Of a stretch of 64,000 nt of DNA, positions 62,936 through 64,000 are shown one piece after another (position 1 is the first letter of the stretch; each line of letters begins with the position of its first letter). The notes beneath the pieces are model-generated. The model ran no database searches. It was not told where the DNA came from and was given only the letters and a program-made list of their open reading frames with translations. Source of the DNA: a virus. The stretch spans positions 28,869 through 92,868 of IMG/VR virus record IMGVR_UViG_3300025113_000003; one strand, 5' to 3'. Both the position numbers and the translations under genes were made by a program.

Positions 62936-63805
62936 TTACTGCTGGTAGGTTCCGCCGATGCCGAGCGCCTTGGTGGTTGCTTCATCCACGTCGTCATGGA
63001 TGCCGAGGCCGTTGGCGGCACGGAAGGCGTTCATTGCCTTGGTGAGGGTTTCATCAGGCTGGCCGTTGACCGGACCGGCAAAGAAGCCGCGGTCCTTCAG
63101 GGCCGACTGCAGCTCGCGCGGGTCGCAGGTGTACTTCTTGCAGTAGCCTTCCTCCCACTTCAGCTCGCCTGCGCTTACAAGCCGCTTGATCGTGACAGTC
63201 AGGAATTCTGGTGGAACAACGACTTCCTCACGGCGCGGTGGGGTGCGTAGCTTCCGTACCATGACGGTCTGGACCTCAGCCGCCTGAGGAGCAACCTGAG
63301 TGGTACCATCGCGAACTAGACGCGTCTTCTTGAATGTCTTGCTTTCAGGAGGAACAGCCTTCAAGCAGGCATTGCCGCAGGCCTGTGGCTTTGGAGCCGG
63401 CTCATCGCAGCAGGGTTTGGACCATGGCCATGGGCCGCTGTGGGTGTGCCGGGGCGGCGGCTGATCGCAGCAGCCATAGGTCCACACGTTGTGTCCTGGT
63501 GCGGTCTCGACCGTGATGTCGACGGTGTCGAACTGCGGTGGATTGAGAACGATGTCGTCGAAGGCATCGCGCACGGTGACAGAGAGAGGGACCGTCTCGA
63601 ACACCGCGGGAGTGACCTTGAATGTCTTGTGGCCGTCGCGGATGGGTACCTGCAGGGACTCCTGCCGGTAGACCGGCGGGTAGAACTTCTGCACGTAACA
63701 CTTTCCAGGTGCCGCGTCGGGTGGAAGGAGGTTCGAACCCTGGGCGAAAGCAAGAGGTGCCAGCAGCAGGGTTAGAGCTCCAGTCAGAAGAGTGTTCATT
63801 CTCAT
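62936..63805 (-). CDS. Exported Cys-rich protein with C-terminal peptidoglycan-binding domain
   Basis: Signal peptide; PPDAAPGKCY; PAVFETV repeats; LQSALKDRGF..GPVNG...T.KA...F..ANGL; late promoter at 63858. Confidence 0.75.
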   Translation of the reverse strand: MRMNTLLTGALTLLLAPLAFAQGSNLLPPDAAPGKCYVQKFYPPVYRQESLQVPIRDGHKTFKVTPAVFETVPLSVTVRDAFDDIVLNPPQFDTVDITVETAPGHNVWTYGCCDQPPPRHTHSGPWPWSKPCCDEPAPKPQACGNACLKAVPPESKTFKKTRLVRDGTTQVAPQAAEVQTVMVRKLRTPPRREEVVVPPEFLTVTIKRLVSAGELKWEEGYCKKYTCDPRELQSALKDRGFFAGPVNGQPDETLTKAMNAFRAANGLGIHDDVDEATTKALGIGGTYQQ

Positions 63806-63947
63806 TGCTTGATCTCCCAGTATGTTGAAGCATAGGTCACAGCGACCTACTCGCCGGTATTTATCGCAAAAGCCGCAGGTTACGCGCAGGGGTTATGGCG
63901 CCAGCGCATCTAAATAGAGACAGGAAAGAAGTTTACGCAGGTTGAGT

Positions 63948-64000
63948 ATGTTCACCCTTCTTCGCTGGTGGTTCATCTTCTGTCTCAGCGCGCTGGGACT
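63948..64000 (+). CDS. Start of a late exported/membrane protein (truncated)
   Basis: TAAATA at 63911, then ATG with hydrophobic MFTLLRWWFIFCLSALG. Confidence 0.35.
   Translation, partial: MFTLLRWWFIFCLSALG

Noticed and set aside
1-64000. CRISPR array, tRNA genes, integrase/IS elements, DGR
   Set aside because: No regularly spaced repeats, cloverleafs, transposase, integrase or reverse transcriptase seen; repeats between fibres are diverged at all codon positions rather than adenine-specific.
1-64000. Stop-codon reassignment suggested by the release-factor homolog
   Set aside because: Genes are full length under the standard code, and TAA, TAG and TGA all act as stops.

Overview
This 64 kb window is a segment of a large, GC-rich lytic dsDNA phage (jumbo or T4-superfamily-like myovirus). 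The host is probably a proteobacterium; several host-like genes look betaproteobacterial (inference). Most early and metabolic genes are on the minus strand behind sigma70-like promoters, which are often flanked by a recurring TGTAAC..GTTACA inverted motif. Structural and late genes are preceded by a T4-like late promoter core, TAAATA. Recognisable content: two-subunit type II topoisomerase, ThyA, DHFR, DinG-like helicase, AAA ATPase, two J-domain proteins, a GGQ release-factor homolog, a Pth2-like protein, macrodomain, SLOG, Nudix, an HD (p)ppGpp-hydrolase-like protein, two HNH nucleases, three tail fibres with S74 chaperones plus two adhesins, a fatty-acid desaturase, a PrkA/YeaG-YeaH-SpoVR operon and a bactofilin. 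Two candidate novel systems stand out. (1) A DNA-hypermodification cluster: a dCMP hydroxymethylase-like enzyme, dNMP kinases, GalE, UDP-galactopyranose mutase and a BGT-like glycosyltransferase, which together predict galactofuranosylated (hydroxymethyl)cytosine. (2) A Ro60/TROVE gene co-transcribed with two Y-RNA-like ncRNAs, one an unusually large ~300 nt RNA with a predicted pseudoknot. All family calls come from motif recognition by eye; no searches were run.
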